Positions 37,883 through 47,297 are shown, numbered from the stretch's first letter. The stretch is DNA of 64,000 nt from a bacterium (GCA_021786315.1 JAJYNN010000002.1:270997-334996); one strand, 5' to 3'. Program-made: numbers and translations. Notes: generated by a model not told the origin, from the sequence alone.

Positions 37883-38983
37883 ATGAAAGAGGTTTTGGTT
37901 GTTTTTCTTGTTTGGATTACGTCAATTAACCTTTTTGCCTTTACAGCCTTTCACCGCTTTAACCTAACGGGAGACACTGCCTATAACTGGACAAGCCGCT
38001 ATTTTTTACCGGCAAGGGATACGGATTTTTTTTCGCTGCATGAGAGGTGGGACTCTTATTGGTACTTGGATATTGCTGAACATGGATATTCGTTTCACAG
38101 TGGGGATAGTTTATCCAATGTAGCATTCTTTCCGCTTTATCCATTTTTAATAAGGATTTCCACTCCCATCTTTTTCGGCCAGGCAAATATAGCCGGTTGG
38201 TTTATAAGTGCCGTATCTTTACTTTTGGTGCTGATATATTTTTATAAACTAATCAAAAGATTTCATCCAAATATAAATCCTCATCTAGTTTTAGTTTTTC
38301 TGTTATTATTTCCGACTGCATTTTTTTTAAACGCGATTTATACAGAATCATTGTTTCTATTTTTGTCTATTGCTGCCTTTTACTACATGTTCAGTAAAAA
38401 CTTATTATTATCAGGAATCTTTGGCTTTTTGGCATCGGTGACGAGGCCTTCAGGTGTCTATCTCTTTATCCCACTTCTTTGGGAATATTACAGGCAAAAT
38501 TCCAGTATTAGAGCATTATTCAGAAAGGAATCTTTGTTTGTATTCTTAACTCCATTAGGTTTTGCTGTAACGCTGTTGATAGATTATTTACTTTTCCGCG
38601 ATCCGTTGTTATTTTTCAAAGTGGAAGGATGGTGGGGCAGGGGTTTTAACTTGAGGTCCGTATATATTAATCTTTTTAGTCAACCATCGGTTGTGAATTT
38701 TGCTTGTGACGTTTCGTTTTTCTTTTTTGCGGCTGCGGCCGCATATTTCCTTTTTAAAAATATCCGCACTTCTTATGGTCTTTATGTTTTGGTCACGATT
38801 TTGCCGGCAATTGCTTCGGGGACTTTGCTTAGTATCGGCAGGTATATTTTAGTGTTATTCCCGATATATATCTTGCTGGCTTCGATAAAAAACAAATATA
38901 TCCAGGCCTTAGTTCTTTTTAACTTTTCCCTCTATTTGGCCATGTTTACCACCCTTTTTGTAAACTACTATTGGACAGGATAG
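37883..38983 (+). CDS. polytopic membrane protein, putative GT-C-fold glycosyltransferase (PIG-V/DUF2029-like)
   Basis: 366 aa with about 9-10 TM helices. The Phe/Tyr/Leu-rich profile is typical of GT-C mannosyltransferases. Confidence 0.4.
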   Translation: MKEVLVVFLVWITSINLFAFTAFHRFNLTGDTAYNWTSRYFLPARDTDFFSLHERWDSYWYLDIAEHGYSFHSGDSLSNVAFFPLYPFLIRISTPIFFGQANIAGWFISAVSLLLVLIYFYKLIKRFHPNINPHLVLVFLLLFPTAFFLNAIYTESLFLFLSIAAFYYMFSKNLLLSGIFGFLASVTRPSGVYLFIPLLWEYYRQNSSIRALFRKESLFVFLTPLGFAVTLLIDYLLFRDPLLFFKVEGWWGRGFNLRSVYINLFSQPSVVNFACDVSFFFFAAAAAYFLFKNIRTSYGLYVLVTILPAIASGTLLSIGRYILVLFPIYILLASIKNKYIQALVLFNFSLYLAMFTTLFVNYYWTG

Positions 38984-39004
38984 ATTTGTGAGATAATAGC
39001 GCCA

Positions 39005-39301
39005 ATGGATTCCATTACTGATTTGTTTGATTTTGACTTTGAAGTTGAATATATGCTTTTTGTGGACGAGTTGGAAAACTCAGCCGGAATTTATGTTGTC
39101 CATACTGAAAAGGAAATATTAGATGCCGGGGAAACTGAGGACTTAAAAGAGGCAATAGAATCGCATCCTCATACCAAAAGCTGGATTGATAAAGCTCAAA
39201 AGGGGGATATCTATATTGCCTTCCATTCCGATCCAGATCCCGAAAGCCGCAAAGATAAGCTGCTTTATATCCAGTCTAAAATAATTCCTCAAGTAAGATA
39301 A
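39005..39301 (+). CDS. hypothetical acidic protein
   Basis: 98-aa ORF. Confidence 0.35.
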   Translation: MDSITDLFDFDFEVEYMLFVDELENSAGIYVVHTEKEILDAGETEDLKEAIESHPHTKSWIDKAQKGDIYIAFHSDPDPESRKDKLLYIQSKIIPQVR

Positions 39302-39371
39302 TCTTCTTTCTTCTTACTTACAAAAAGTTAATCCATTTTTAAGCTCTTCAAGATATCATTACTCTCGTAAA

Positions 39372-40211
39372 ATGCCTGCCACAAGGAGTAAAGAAAAAAA
39401 ATTCCAAAAAGAAGTTAAACTTGACCAAAAAGCTCAAAGAGCCTTGGCTTATCTTTCCGGAATTCCTCCGACAGAAGAAGAGACACTGACTCAAAATGTA
39501 ACTCTTTCGGAAGAAGAGAATGAGGAGTTTGAACACCTGCTTTCTATCTGGCTAACCCTACAGGAAACCGAGATTAAAGAGATAGGCAAAACTTTATTGG
39601 AGGTAATCCAAAGGTTAAAACTTTCTGCCAAAGGCATCCGCGGAAGGATCGAAAGCCAGGAGTATTTAAGGTTAGTGAGAAAAGCTTTTCGGAATTGGGC
39701 GGCAGCGGAGAGTGAAGAAAGAAGGATTCTGGTAAGAAATTTATTGGTTAATGCTGCCTCCAGATCTACGAGTCCGGATAATATTATATCGATGTTTATC
39801 GACTGGATAGACAACTATTCTGATGAACACTTCCGGGTAATCCGGGAAATTTCCCAAACCCAACCGGAGGGATTAACCAGAAGGGAGATGTGGGAACGGT
39901 TTTATCCCGGAAGGGAAATTCCGGCAGAGGATAGTGCCGAAGCGGATATGTTTAAGATGTTAATTTTGGATTTAACAACTGGGTATGTAATCCGGCAACC
40001 CCGGGAGAAAGATTTTTACGGATATTATGTCAGAGCCAGATCTACCACCAAGGCTGTTGCCGGAACGGAGGCTGTCCAAAGGACTACGGCCTTTGATAAT
40101 AGTAAAAAATACGTTTTAACGGAGCTTGGTAAACAATTTGTGCTTTATACTATGGAAGAGACTGAACCGGAAATGGAAAATACCTCCGAGGAAACCGCGA
40201 TAGACATATGA
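39372..40211 (+). CDS. hypothetical protein
   Basis: 279-aa ORF. No motif recognised. Confidence 0.4.
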   Translation: MPATRSKEKKFQKEVKLDQKAQRALAYLSGIPPTEEETLTQNVTLSEEENEEFEHLLSIWLTLQETEIKEIGKTLLEVIQRLKLSAKGIRGRIESQEYLRLVRKAFRNWAAAESEERRILVRNLLVNAASRSTSPDNIISMFIDWIDNYSDEHFRVIREISQTQPEGLTRREMWERFYPGREIPAEDSAEADMFKMLILDLTTGYVIRQPREKDFYGYYVRARSTTKAVAGTEAVQRTTAFDNSKKYVLTELGKQFVLYTMEETEPEMENTSEETAIDI

Positions 40212-40224
40212 TATTATCTAGTTA

Positions 40225-40689
40225 ATGCCTAAGATTCTTCGTTTAATTTTGGCTGTTTTGCTTTGTGAGGGGGCGGGAATTCTAGGTTCCTTATTTACTA
40301 TTTCTTCAATACCGACCTGGTACGCTACTTTAAATAAACCATTTTTTAGTCCTCCCAACTCTATCTTCGGGCCGGTCTGGACTATCCTTTATCTTTTAAT
40401 GGGTGTTGCCTTGTTTTTAATCTGGGAAAACAAGGGAAGCAAGGGAAGGGCTTTACAGGTTTTCTTTATTCAATTGGGTCTAAACGTGTTATGGTCTCTG
40501 GTTTTCTTTGGCGCTCACCAGCTGCTTTTGTCTTTAATTATCATCGTCGCCTTGTGGTACTTTATTTTCCAAACCATCAAGGCTTTTGCCCGGATAAATA
40601 AAACTGCCTCATATTTGCTTTACCCATATTTGACATGGGTCTCTTTTGCCTTAATTTTGAACTTAGGAATTGTGATTTTAAACCGCTGA
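40225..40689 (+). CDS. tspO: TspO/MBR tryptophan-rich sensory protein
   Basis: WYATLNKPFFSPPNSIFGPVWTILYLLMG, five TM. Confidence 0.82.
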   Translation: MPKILRLILAVLLCEGAGILGSLFTISSIPTWYATLNKPFFSPPNSIFGPVWTILYLLMGVALFLIWENKGSKGRALQVFFIQLGLNVLWSLVFFGAHQLLLSLIIIVALWYFIFQTIKAFARINKTASYLLYPYLTWVSFALILNLGIVILNR

Positions 40690-43050
40690 CTACTTGTATT
40701 TATTCAGGAGACGAAAAGCGATTTCTTTTCTGTTTAAAGTCGGAGGCTTAATGTCTGTCACTGGTTTTTCTTCGTGTCTTTCTTCCTTCTTTTCTTCCCT
40801 TTTTTCCTCCTGTTTAGGTTTGACAGTGGGAGTGGGAACATCAACTACAAAATCGTCAGTGTTAAAAGGCTTTTCTTTACCCACTTTAGTATACCTTTCC
40901 TGGGAAACCTTAATAATCTTCTCCCGGTTTTGGTTTTTGCAGTCAGGTAAAGGCAGGCTTTGGGCCACAAATGGGGAGGAGGTTAGTCCGTCAATGGCCA
41001 TTTTGACAATCATCTGGTAAGTCCCCAAAGAAAGAAGATCAACGTCTTTAAATCTTTCCCCGAACTCCCGGGCTAAAATCGGCGCGTCTTCAGCACCAAT
41101 AATAAAGGACAGCATGGTTCCGGCGTTCCCAAAAATAGCGGACCGGACATGCTCCTCAATTTGGCCAATATATTGGTTAGCCAAAATTAAGTCTAAGCGG
41201 TATTTTCTCGCTTCGGACAAAATTTTGATAAAGCTGGAAGTGGCAAAATTTTGGAACTCATCAACATACATGTAAAAATCCCGGCGCTCCGGTTCGGGAA
41301 TATTGACCCGGTGCATGGCTGCCAGTTGAATTTTGGTGATGATCATGGCTCCCAACAGTGAGGAATTATCCTCTCCGATTTTTCCCTGGGAAAGGTTTAA
41401 GATGACAATCTTTCCCTGATCCATGGCTTCGGCCAGATTAACGGTAGATTTGGGGGAACCAACAATATTGCGGATGACCTGGGAAGAAAGGAACTGGCCT
41501 ACCTTGTTTAAGATTGGCGATATGGCCTCATTCATTTGCTGGGGGGACATCTTTTCAAATTCGTTGACCCAGAAGTTTTTTAGGACCGGATCGGCTAGTT
41601 TATCCACTACTTTTTGACGGAATCTTTTATTTGTCAAAAGCTCAGGAATCATGAGCATAGTAGAATTAGGCACTTCGAGCAGTGTTAAAATCGTATTTCT
41701 TAAAATGTATTCCAGCCTTGGCCCCCATGAGTGGGCATAGAGCTTAATAAAGATGGAAACGATACCGGAGGCCACGAGTTCCTTTTGGGTGGAACTGTCC
41801 ACTTCCAGCGGGTTTAAGTGGAATGGGTGGTCTAAATCGGCAGGGTTTAAGTAAGCGACATCGTTTATCCGGTGTGAAGGAATGTAATCCAAAAGGATTT
41901 CCGATAAATCCCCGTGGGGATCAATAACCGCAATGCCTTCGCCGTTTCGAATGTCGTTTATGGCCATATTGGCAATAAGGGTAGATTTACCGACACCGGT
42001 TTTACCGATGATGTACATGTGCTTGCGGCGGTCAACCTTTCTGATACCAAATGTCGCCGCGGTGTTTTTATACTCTGTTTTACCAAAGAAATTAATTTGC
42101 CCCTTATCCTCGGCGGCGATTCCTTGAGCCACCGGCAGGTTTTCAGGAGGATCAGAAAGAATTGTTTTAGACCAGGAAATATTGCGGATAGATTGCAGTT
42201 TTTCTCCCGGCAAATGGAAAAGGGTAGCCAGTTCCAAAAGATTTAAAATTTGGTTTTGGGGGATGGTCTCACCGGTTCGTCCCAGAATTGCCTTAAGCAT
42301 GGTTTTTTTCTCTAAAAATCCCGGTCCCGCTAAAGCAACACTATTTCCCTGAGGGTTATTGAATCCGGTAAAACAAGCGGCGGTAAGACCTAACAAAGAA
42401 GTATTAGGCCCGGCGGAAAGGATCCTGATCCCGGTTTTAAATCCGGGGTAGGAAATCTTTTCCTGGATAATTTTGGCGTAGGCATTTAAATTAAATGGAT
42501 CCTCGACAGGGGTTCCGTCAGCATTTTTAGAGCCTTTCCGCTCCAAGGCTTGTCGGCCTTTGCTTTGCCATTTATTGCTTTGGGGGATCAGCAAAAATTG
42601 TACCAATACTGTATCTTCCGGCCCAAGCTTGGACATCATCCCCAAAAGGGAAGACATCGGATCAACGTCTTTGAAATCCTTATAAGTCTTTAGGGGGTAA
42701 ACGTTAGGGGATTGAAGCTTGAGTTGCCCGTAAGAATAGGACAGCGGATCTTGAAAGGGAGCCATCATTTGTTCTAATTTAACGGGGGTGACCAAGGCCC
42801 GGGGGTATTGGGAGAGCAATTGGCTCTCGATAAATGATTGGTAGGAGGTGGGGATAACTACATAAAAGTGGATGGTTTGGTTAAAAGCTACAATTTCAAA
42901 ACTTAAAGGAAGCTCGGGAGCGCTTTTCCAAAAAGACCCGGATTTGGGGGCTTTAAGCTGAACAAGACTCCCAAAGAATTGGGCCATGGCCTCTGGGGTT
43001 TCTGTTCCCGTGCGAGGTGTTCTGATCTCGAGGGCAATTTTATTATCCAT
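40690..43050 (-). CDS. TraD/TraG/VirD4-family P-loop ATPase (type IV secretion coupling-protein-like), no N-terminal TM anchor
   Basis: 786 aa. Walker A IIGKTGVGKST and Walker B FYMYVDEFQNF. C-terminal ANQYIGQI...SAIFGNAGTMLSF is typical of the TrwB/TraD all-alpha and ATP-binding regions. Charged C-terminal tail. Confidence 0.65.
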   Translation of the reverse strand: MDNKIALEIRTPRTGTETPEAMAQFFGSLVQLKAPKSGSFWKSAPELPLSFEIVAFNQTIHFYVVIPTSYQSFIESQLLSQYPRALVTPVKLEQMMAPFQDPLSYSYGQLKLQSPNVYPLKTYKDFKDVDPMSSLLGMMSKLGPEDTVLVQFLLIPQSNKWQSKGRQALERKGSKNADGTPVEDPFNLNAYAKIIQEKISYPGFKTGIRILSAGPNTSLLGLTAACFTGFNNPQGNSVALAGPGFLEKKTMLKAILGRTGETIPQNQILNLLELATLFHLPGEKLQSIRNISWSKTILSDPPENLPVAQGIAAEDKGQINFFGKTEYKNTAATFGIRKVDRRKHMYIIGKTGVGKSTLIANMAINDIRNGEGIAVIDPHGDLSEILLDYIPSHRINDVAYLNPADLDHPFHLNPLEVDSSTQKELVASGIVSIFIKLYAHSWGPRLEYILRNTILTLLEVPNSTMLMIPELLTNKRFRQKVVDKLADPVLKNFWVNEFEKMSPQQMNEAISPILNKVGQFLSSQVIRNIVGSPKSTVNLAEAMDQGKIVILNLSQGKIGEDNSSLLGAMIITKIQLAAMHRVNIPEPERRDFYMYVDEFQNFATSSFIKILSEARKYRLDLILANQYIGQIEEHVRSAIFGNAGTMLSFIIGAEDAPILAREFGERFKDVDLLSLGTYQMIVKMAIDGLTSSPFVAQSLPLPDCKNQNREKIIKVSQERYTKVGKEKPFNTDDFVVDVPTPTVKPKQEEKREEKKEERHEEKPVTDIKPPTLNRKEIAFRLLNKYK

Positions 43051-43120
43051 TGGACAAGCTAAAAATATTATACAATGTTTAAGCTTACAAGCGATAACAT
43101 TTTTCTTGCTAATTCCTTCG

Positions 43121-43149
43121 TTGACAAATAGCCTCAGTTGGGCTACAAT
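43121..43149 (+). promoter_or_regulatory. sigma70-like promoter (TTGACA-17-TACAAT)
   Basis: ttgacaaatagcctcagttgggctacaat, about 70 nt upstream of the 43216 ORF. Confidence 0.55.
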
Positions 43150-43215
43150 CTTCGGGTAAAGTTTGGGTTTGATATTTAGGTTTGGAAATTTAATTTAGGT
43201 AAGGAGGTGAGTTAA

Positions 43216-43653
43216 TTGGACCCAAAAAAAGAAGAAAAACAAACTCTACCCGAGGCTCCGGCTTCAGTTACTGCCAGGGTTATTTCTGACCAAGGCTTCC
43301 ACTTGTTATTCACTCTTCGGGATACATCTGTCTCCGGATTGATTACAAAATTTCAGGAGTTCCAAAAGTATGTTTTATCGTGCGGCTGGAAACCTGACGG
43401 TAAAACGGAATTTTCCGAAAAAGAGTTGGATAAGCCTAACTGGTCTAACGGGTTAAAGAAGACTACCAATAGATCTTATTTTGCCCAAGAGATTTCAGCC
43501 CCGAAACATAAGGCCATTAAATCTGAACCGGCGACCTGTGCTGTTTGCGGCGCTCCCGCGACAAAAAAATCAGGCACCAGAAAAGATGGCAGTTTATGGG
43601 AAGGAGTTTTTTGCTCAACCGGTGATGAATTACACAAGGTCTGGCTAAGCTAA
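43216..43653 (+). CDS. hypothetical protein with a C-terminal Cys4 zinc ribbon
   Basis: CAVCGAP...C. Confidence 0.45.
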   Translation: MDPKKEEKQTLPEAPASVTARVISDQGFHLLFTLRDTSVSGLITKFQEFQKYVLSCGWKPDGKTEFSEKELDKPNWSNGLKKTTNRSYFAQEISAPKHKAIKSEPATCAVCGAPATKKSGTRKDGSLWEGVFCSTGDELHKVWLS

Positions 43654-43734
43654 CTTTGTGGAGATTCTTACCCCATTTTGACTGGGTTCTTATCTTGCCC
43701 CCTTAAGATGTGAAGGTCTAAAGGGGGTGAGAAT

Positions 43735-44340
43735 ATGGCAAAAACGATTTTCGGTATTTTTAATAACCGGGATGATGCTGAAGAAGCTATCAATAGGTTA
43801 AAGGATCAAGATTACAACCCCAAGGATATGTCCATTGTTATAAGAGATACGGGGGAAGCCCGCGCCATGAGCGAAGACATGGGGGCAAATATCGGCGGGG
43901 GAGCTGTTTCCGGAGCTGCAACCGGAGGGGTTATCGGCGCAATCGCCGGCCTTTTAATCGGAGTGGGAGCAATTGCCGTTCCGGGAATCGGCGCGCTTTT
44001 AATAGGCGGGCCTTTGGCGGTCGCTTTGGGATTGACGGGCGCAGCTGCCACAACGGTTTCCGGCGCCTTGACCGGAGTTCTGGCCGGAGGTTTGGTGGGC
44101 GCATTGGTTAGTTTAGGAATTCCGGAAAATGAGGCCCGGGTTTATGAAGAGAGGGTCAAAAGTGGTGCAATTTTATTGGCCGTTCCGGCTCGGGATGGGG
44201 AAGAAGAGGAGGTTAGAAATATCATGGAAGATACAGGAGCAACTAACGTGAGCACGGTTTCGATGAGCCACGACCATTACGAACATCATCGGGATGAGGA
44301 AGAAAGAAAAAGAGATGATGATGAGGATGATATGGAGTAA
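43735..44340 (+). CDS. YflT/GSP17M-like general stress protein with a Gly-zipper membrane segment and an acidic tail
   Basis: N-terminal MAKTIFGIFNNRDDAEEAINRLKDQDY (YflT-like). GxxxG-rich TM region. C-terminus DDDEDDME. Confidence 0.55.
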   Translation: MAKTIFGIFNNRDDAEEAINRLKDQDYNPKDMSIVIRDTGEARAMSEDMGANIGGGAVSGAATGGVIGAIAGLLIGVGAIAVPGIGALLIGGPLAVALGLTGAAATTVSGALTGVLAGGLVGALVSLGIPENEARVYEERVKSGAILLAVPARDGEEEEVRNIMEDTGATNVSTVSMSHDHYEHHRDEEERKRDDDEDDME

Positions 44341-44347
44341 AGATTTG

Positions 44348-44388
44348 CCTTGGGGTTGGCAGTTACATTTAACCCCAAGGTTTTAAGG
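44348..44388 (+). terminator. rho-independent terminator-like hairpin
   Basis: ccttggggtt-N13-aaccccaagg followed by tttt. Confidence 0.55.
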
Positions 44389-44399
44389 AGGTGTAGCAT

Positions 44400-44555
44400 A
44401 TGGCTAAATATGGACCCAAAACCCAGGAAGAAGTACACAAAGAGTTGCACGAACACAAACATGAGGGTAAATGGAAAAACCGCAAACAAGCAATCGCCGT
44501 AGGTTTATCGGAAGCCCGGGAAAAAGGATATAAAGTTCCCCCAAAAAAGGATTAG
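44400..44555 (+). CDS. small basic hypothetical protein (51 aa)
   Basis: Strong SD aaggaggtg 8 nt before the ATG. MAKYGPKTQEEVHKELHEHKHEGKWKNRKQAIAVGLSEAREKGYKVPPKKD. Below the 60-aa cutoff of the ORF track. Confidence 0.4.
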   Translation: MAKYGPKTQEEVHKELHEHKHEGKWKNRKQAIAVGLSEAREKGYKVPPKKD

Positions 44556-44579
44556 ACTTCCCATGTATAATTATGGGAG

Positions 44580-45047
44580 ATGAAAAAAGTACTACTCTCC
44601 CTAGTAGTTATTTTAGGGTTTGCGTTTTATGCTTTTGGCCAAAAGGACAAGGAAGGCCAGGCTAATGAGGTTGGTGTATTGCCGCTTCCTACCCCAGCTG
44701 ATACAGGTACTCCGATATCTGACCAGAATATTCCTGCTCAGACAAATCCTCCGGCATCCCCGGGAAAATATCGGGATGGTGAATATACGGGTGATTCTGC
44801 TGATGCTTATTACGGAAATGTCCAAGTTAAAGTGGTTATTTCCGGCGGGAAAATTAGCGATGTTCAATTTTTAGATTATCCACGCGATAGGCGGACTTCT
44901 CAGCTGATTAATTCTCAAGCAATGCCGTTTTTAAAGCAGGAGGCAATCCAGGCCCAAAACGCTAATGTCGACATTATCTCCGGTGCTACTGCTACCAGCG
45001 AGGCTTTCAGGCAGTCTTTGCAGTCGGCGTTATCAAAGGCAATTTAA
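44580..45047 (+). CDS. secreted FMN-binding domain protein (substrate of ApbE flavinylation)
   Basis: Signal peptide MKKVLLSLVVILGFAFYAFG. FMN_bind domain with the flavinylation motif DIISGATATS (Dxx[ST]GAT[ST]). Confidence 0.8.
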   Translation: MKKVLLSLVVILGFAFYAFGQKDKEGQANEVGVLPLPTPADTGTPISDQNIPAQTNPPASPGKYRDGEYTGDSADAYYGNVQVKVVISGGKISDVQFLDYPRDRRTSQLINSQAMPFLKQEAIQAQNANVDIISGATATSEAFRQSLQSALSKAI

Positions 45048-45048
45048 A

Positions 45049-45789
45049 ATGAAACAGACCCGGATAATGTGGGATATGCCGATTACGGTAGAGGTTGTTG
45101 ATCCGCAAGCTGCGGAAAAAGATATTGATAAAGTTTTTTTATATTTTGAGGTTGTTGATAAAAAATTCAGCACTTTTAGAAAAGATAGCGAAATAAGCCT
45201 GATTAATGATAAAAGATTAATGATTGATGAAAGCAGCAAAGACATGCAAACTATTTTTAAATTAGCTGGACAAACGAAAAGAGAGACAAACGGATATTTT
45301 GATATTCGGCGGGCTAACAAATATGACCCCTTGGGGTTGGTCAAGGGTTGGGCAATTTTGAATGCGGCCCGGATTTTAGATGAATCAGGTTTTAAAAATT
45401 ATTTTATAGAAGCGGGTGGCGATATTCAGGTTTCCGGAAAAAATAACCAGGGAGAAAGTTGGAAAGTGGGGATCAGAAACCCGTTTAATACGGAACAAAT
45501 TGTCAAGGTTGTCCGGCTTTCTCATGAAGGGATTGCCACATCAGGCACTTATTTGCGGGGAAAACATATTTATAATCCTAAAAATCAATTCAAACCAGCT
45601 GATGAGATTGCCAGTATGACTGTAATTGGACCAAATATTTATGAAGCAGACAGGTTTGCAACGGCTACCTTTGTAATAGGGAAAGAGGGCATTAATTTTA
45701 TTGAAGCACAGCTAAATTTAGAAGGATATATGATTGATAAGGAGGGAGTTGCCACAATGACCTCTGGTTTTGATAAATACGCCGTATGA
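45049..45789 (+). CDS. apbE: FAD:protein FMN transferase ApbE
   Basis: 246 aa. The region ATSGTYLRGKHIYNP is typical of ApbE. Starts 2 nt after the FMN_bind stop. Confidence 0.8.
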   Translation: MKQTRIMWDMPITVEVVDPQAAEKDIDKVFLYFEVVDKKFSTFRKDSEISLINDKRLMIDESSKDMQTIFKLAGQTKRETNGYFDIRRANKYDPLGLVKGWAILNAARILDESGFKNYFIEAGGDIQVSGKNNQGESWKVGIRNPFNTEQIVKVVRLSHEGIATSGTYLRGKHIYNPKNQFKPADEIASMTVIGPNIYEADRFATATFVIGKEGINFIEAQLNLEGYMIDKEGVATMTSGFDKYAV

Positions 45790-47297
45790 ATTTTATCGAT
45801 AACTTTTTGAATAACATTACCATGTATCGATTGGTGCTTTATGTATTAATCGGTTTGCTGGTGATAGCAGCTTTCTTCGGATTGTTAGGGCTTTTACCTT
45901 ATTCACCTTGGGCAATTATTTTCTCGGCAGCTATTTTGGTCCTTGTTTCCTGGATCGTAAATTATATTTTTGCCAAGGTTTATGAGGTTCCGGCTAATGC
46001 GGAATCTTTCTTTATTTCAGCGCTAATCTTGGCATTAATTTTATCCCCGGCTAATAAATTTTCAGATTTGCCGTTTTTAATTTGGGCAGCTGTTTTAACT
46101 ATGGCCTCAAAATACATTATAAATATCAGGGGAAAACATATTTTTAACCCTGTGGCTTTGGCTGTGACTTTAACCTCTTATGCTGCGGGGCAGTCGGCAA
46201 CTTGGTGGGTAGGAAACATTCCTATGTTGCCATTTGTTGTAATTGGGGGGTTATTGATTATTCGAAAAATCAAAAGATTTAACTTCATCGTCACTTTTCT
46301 AATAGTGTCAATTTTGGCAATAGGCATTTTGAGTTTATTGGCAGGTAACGATCCCGCGTCTACCATTAAAAAAACTATTATTTATTCGCCCTGGTTTTTC
46401 TTTGCCTCAGTAATGCTTACTGAGCCGTTAACAACTCCACCCCGGAAATTACAACAGATGATCTATGCCGGGATAACGGGTTTCCTGTTTGCTCCGCAGG
46501 TGCATTTTGGGTCGCTGTATACTACGCCGGAGCTGGCACTTTTGATTGGCAATATCTATTCATATCTGGCAAGCCCCAAAGAAAAGCTATTACTCAAATT
46601 AAAACAGGCCTTAAAGATCGGGCCGGATATCTATGATTTTATTTTTTCCGGGCCGCGGACTCATTATTTGCCTGGTCAATACATGGAATGGACTTTGGGT
46701 TACGGGAATGCAGATTCAAGAGGGAACAGAAGATACTTTACTTTGGCTTCATCGCCGACAGAAGAAGATTTGCGGATTGGAGTGAAGTTTGCTGAAAAAT
46801 CAAGCACCTTTAAAAAGTCTATGTTAGAACTTACTTCCCAAAGCCCGGTTGTGGCAGCAGGATTGGCAGGGGATTTTATTTTGCCCCATGACCCAAATAA
46901 AAAATTGGCTTTTGTTGCCGGGGGAATCGGTATTACGCCTTTTCGGAGTATGCTTAAATATTTAATTGACACCCATCAAAAGAGGGACATAGTTCTTTTT
47001 TATTCGGCAAGAAAACAAGAGGATTTGGTTTATGGGGATGTAATTAACCAGGCGGTTAGGGAATTAGGTCTTAAGGTCGTAGTAACCCTTACCGATACTG
47101 AGCAAGTTTCTTCTGGGTGGGCTGGAAGAACAGGGTATCTTAATGAGCAAATGATTGTAGAGACGACGCCCGATTATAAAGAAAGAACATTTTATATCTC
47201 CGGGCCGCAAGCTTTAGTTTTCTCAGTGAAATCTGTTTTGAAACATACAGGACTAAAAGAGAAACAAATTATTACTGATTATTTCCCCGGATTTTAA
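45786..47297 (+). CDS. membrane oxidoreductase: polytopic N-terminal domain fused to an FNR-like FAD/NAD(P)-binding domain
   Basis: 503 aa. About 6 TM helices with an FNPVALAV (NqrB/RnfD-like NPA[LV]) segment. The C-terminus has RYFTLASSP (the RxYS FAD motif) and VAGGIGITPF (NAD(P)-binding). Confidence 0.65.
   Translation: MNFIDNFLNNITMYRLVLYVLIGLLVIAAFFGLLGLLPYSPWAIIFSAAILVLVSWIVNYIFAKVYEVPANAESFFISALILALILSPANKFSDLPFLIWAAVLTMASKYIINIRGKHIFNPVALAVTLTSYAAGQSATWWVGNIPMLPFVVIGGLLIIRKIKRFNFIVTFLIVSILAIGILSLLAGNDPASTIKKTIIYSPWFFFASVMLTEPLTTPPRKLQQMIYAGITGFLFAPQVHFGSLYTTPELALLIGNIYSYLASPKEKLLLKLKQALKIGPDIYDFIFSGPRTHYLPGQYMEWTLGYGNADSRGNRRYFTLASSPTEEDLRIGVKFAEKSSTFKKSMLELTSQSPVVAAGLAGDFILPHDPNKKLAFVAGGIGITPFRSMLKYLIDTHQKRDIVLFYSARKQEDLVYGDVINQAVRELGLKVVVTLTDTEQVSSGWAGRTGYLNEQMIVETTPDYKERTFYISGPQALVFSVKSVLKHTGLKEKQIITDYFPGF

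Noticed and set aside
43060-43120. Minus-strand TATAAT (plus 43063-43077) as the promoter for the TraD-like gene.
   Set aside because: The -10 is plausible, but I saw no convincing -35 or SD in the ~17-nt leader, so I left it uncalled.
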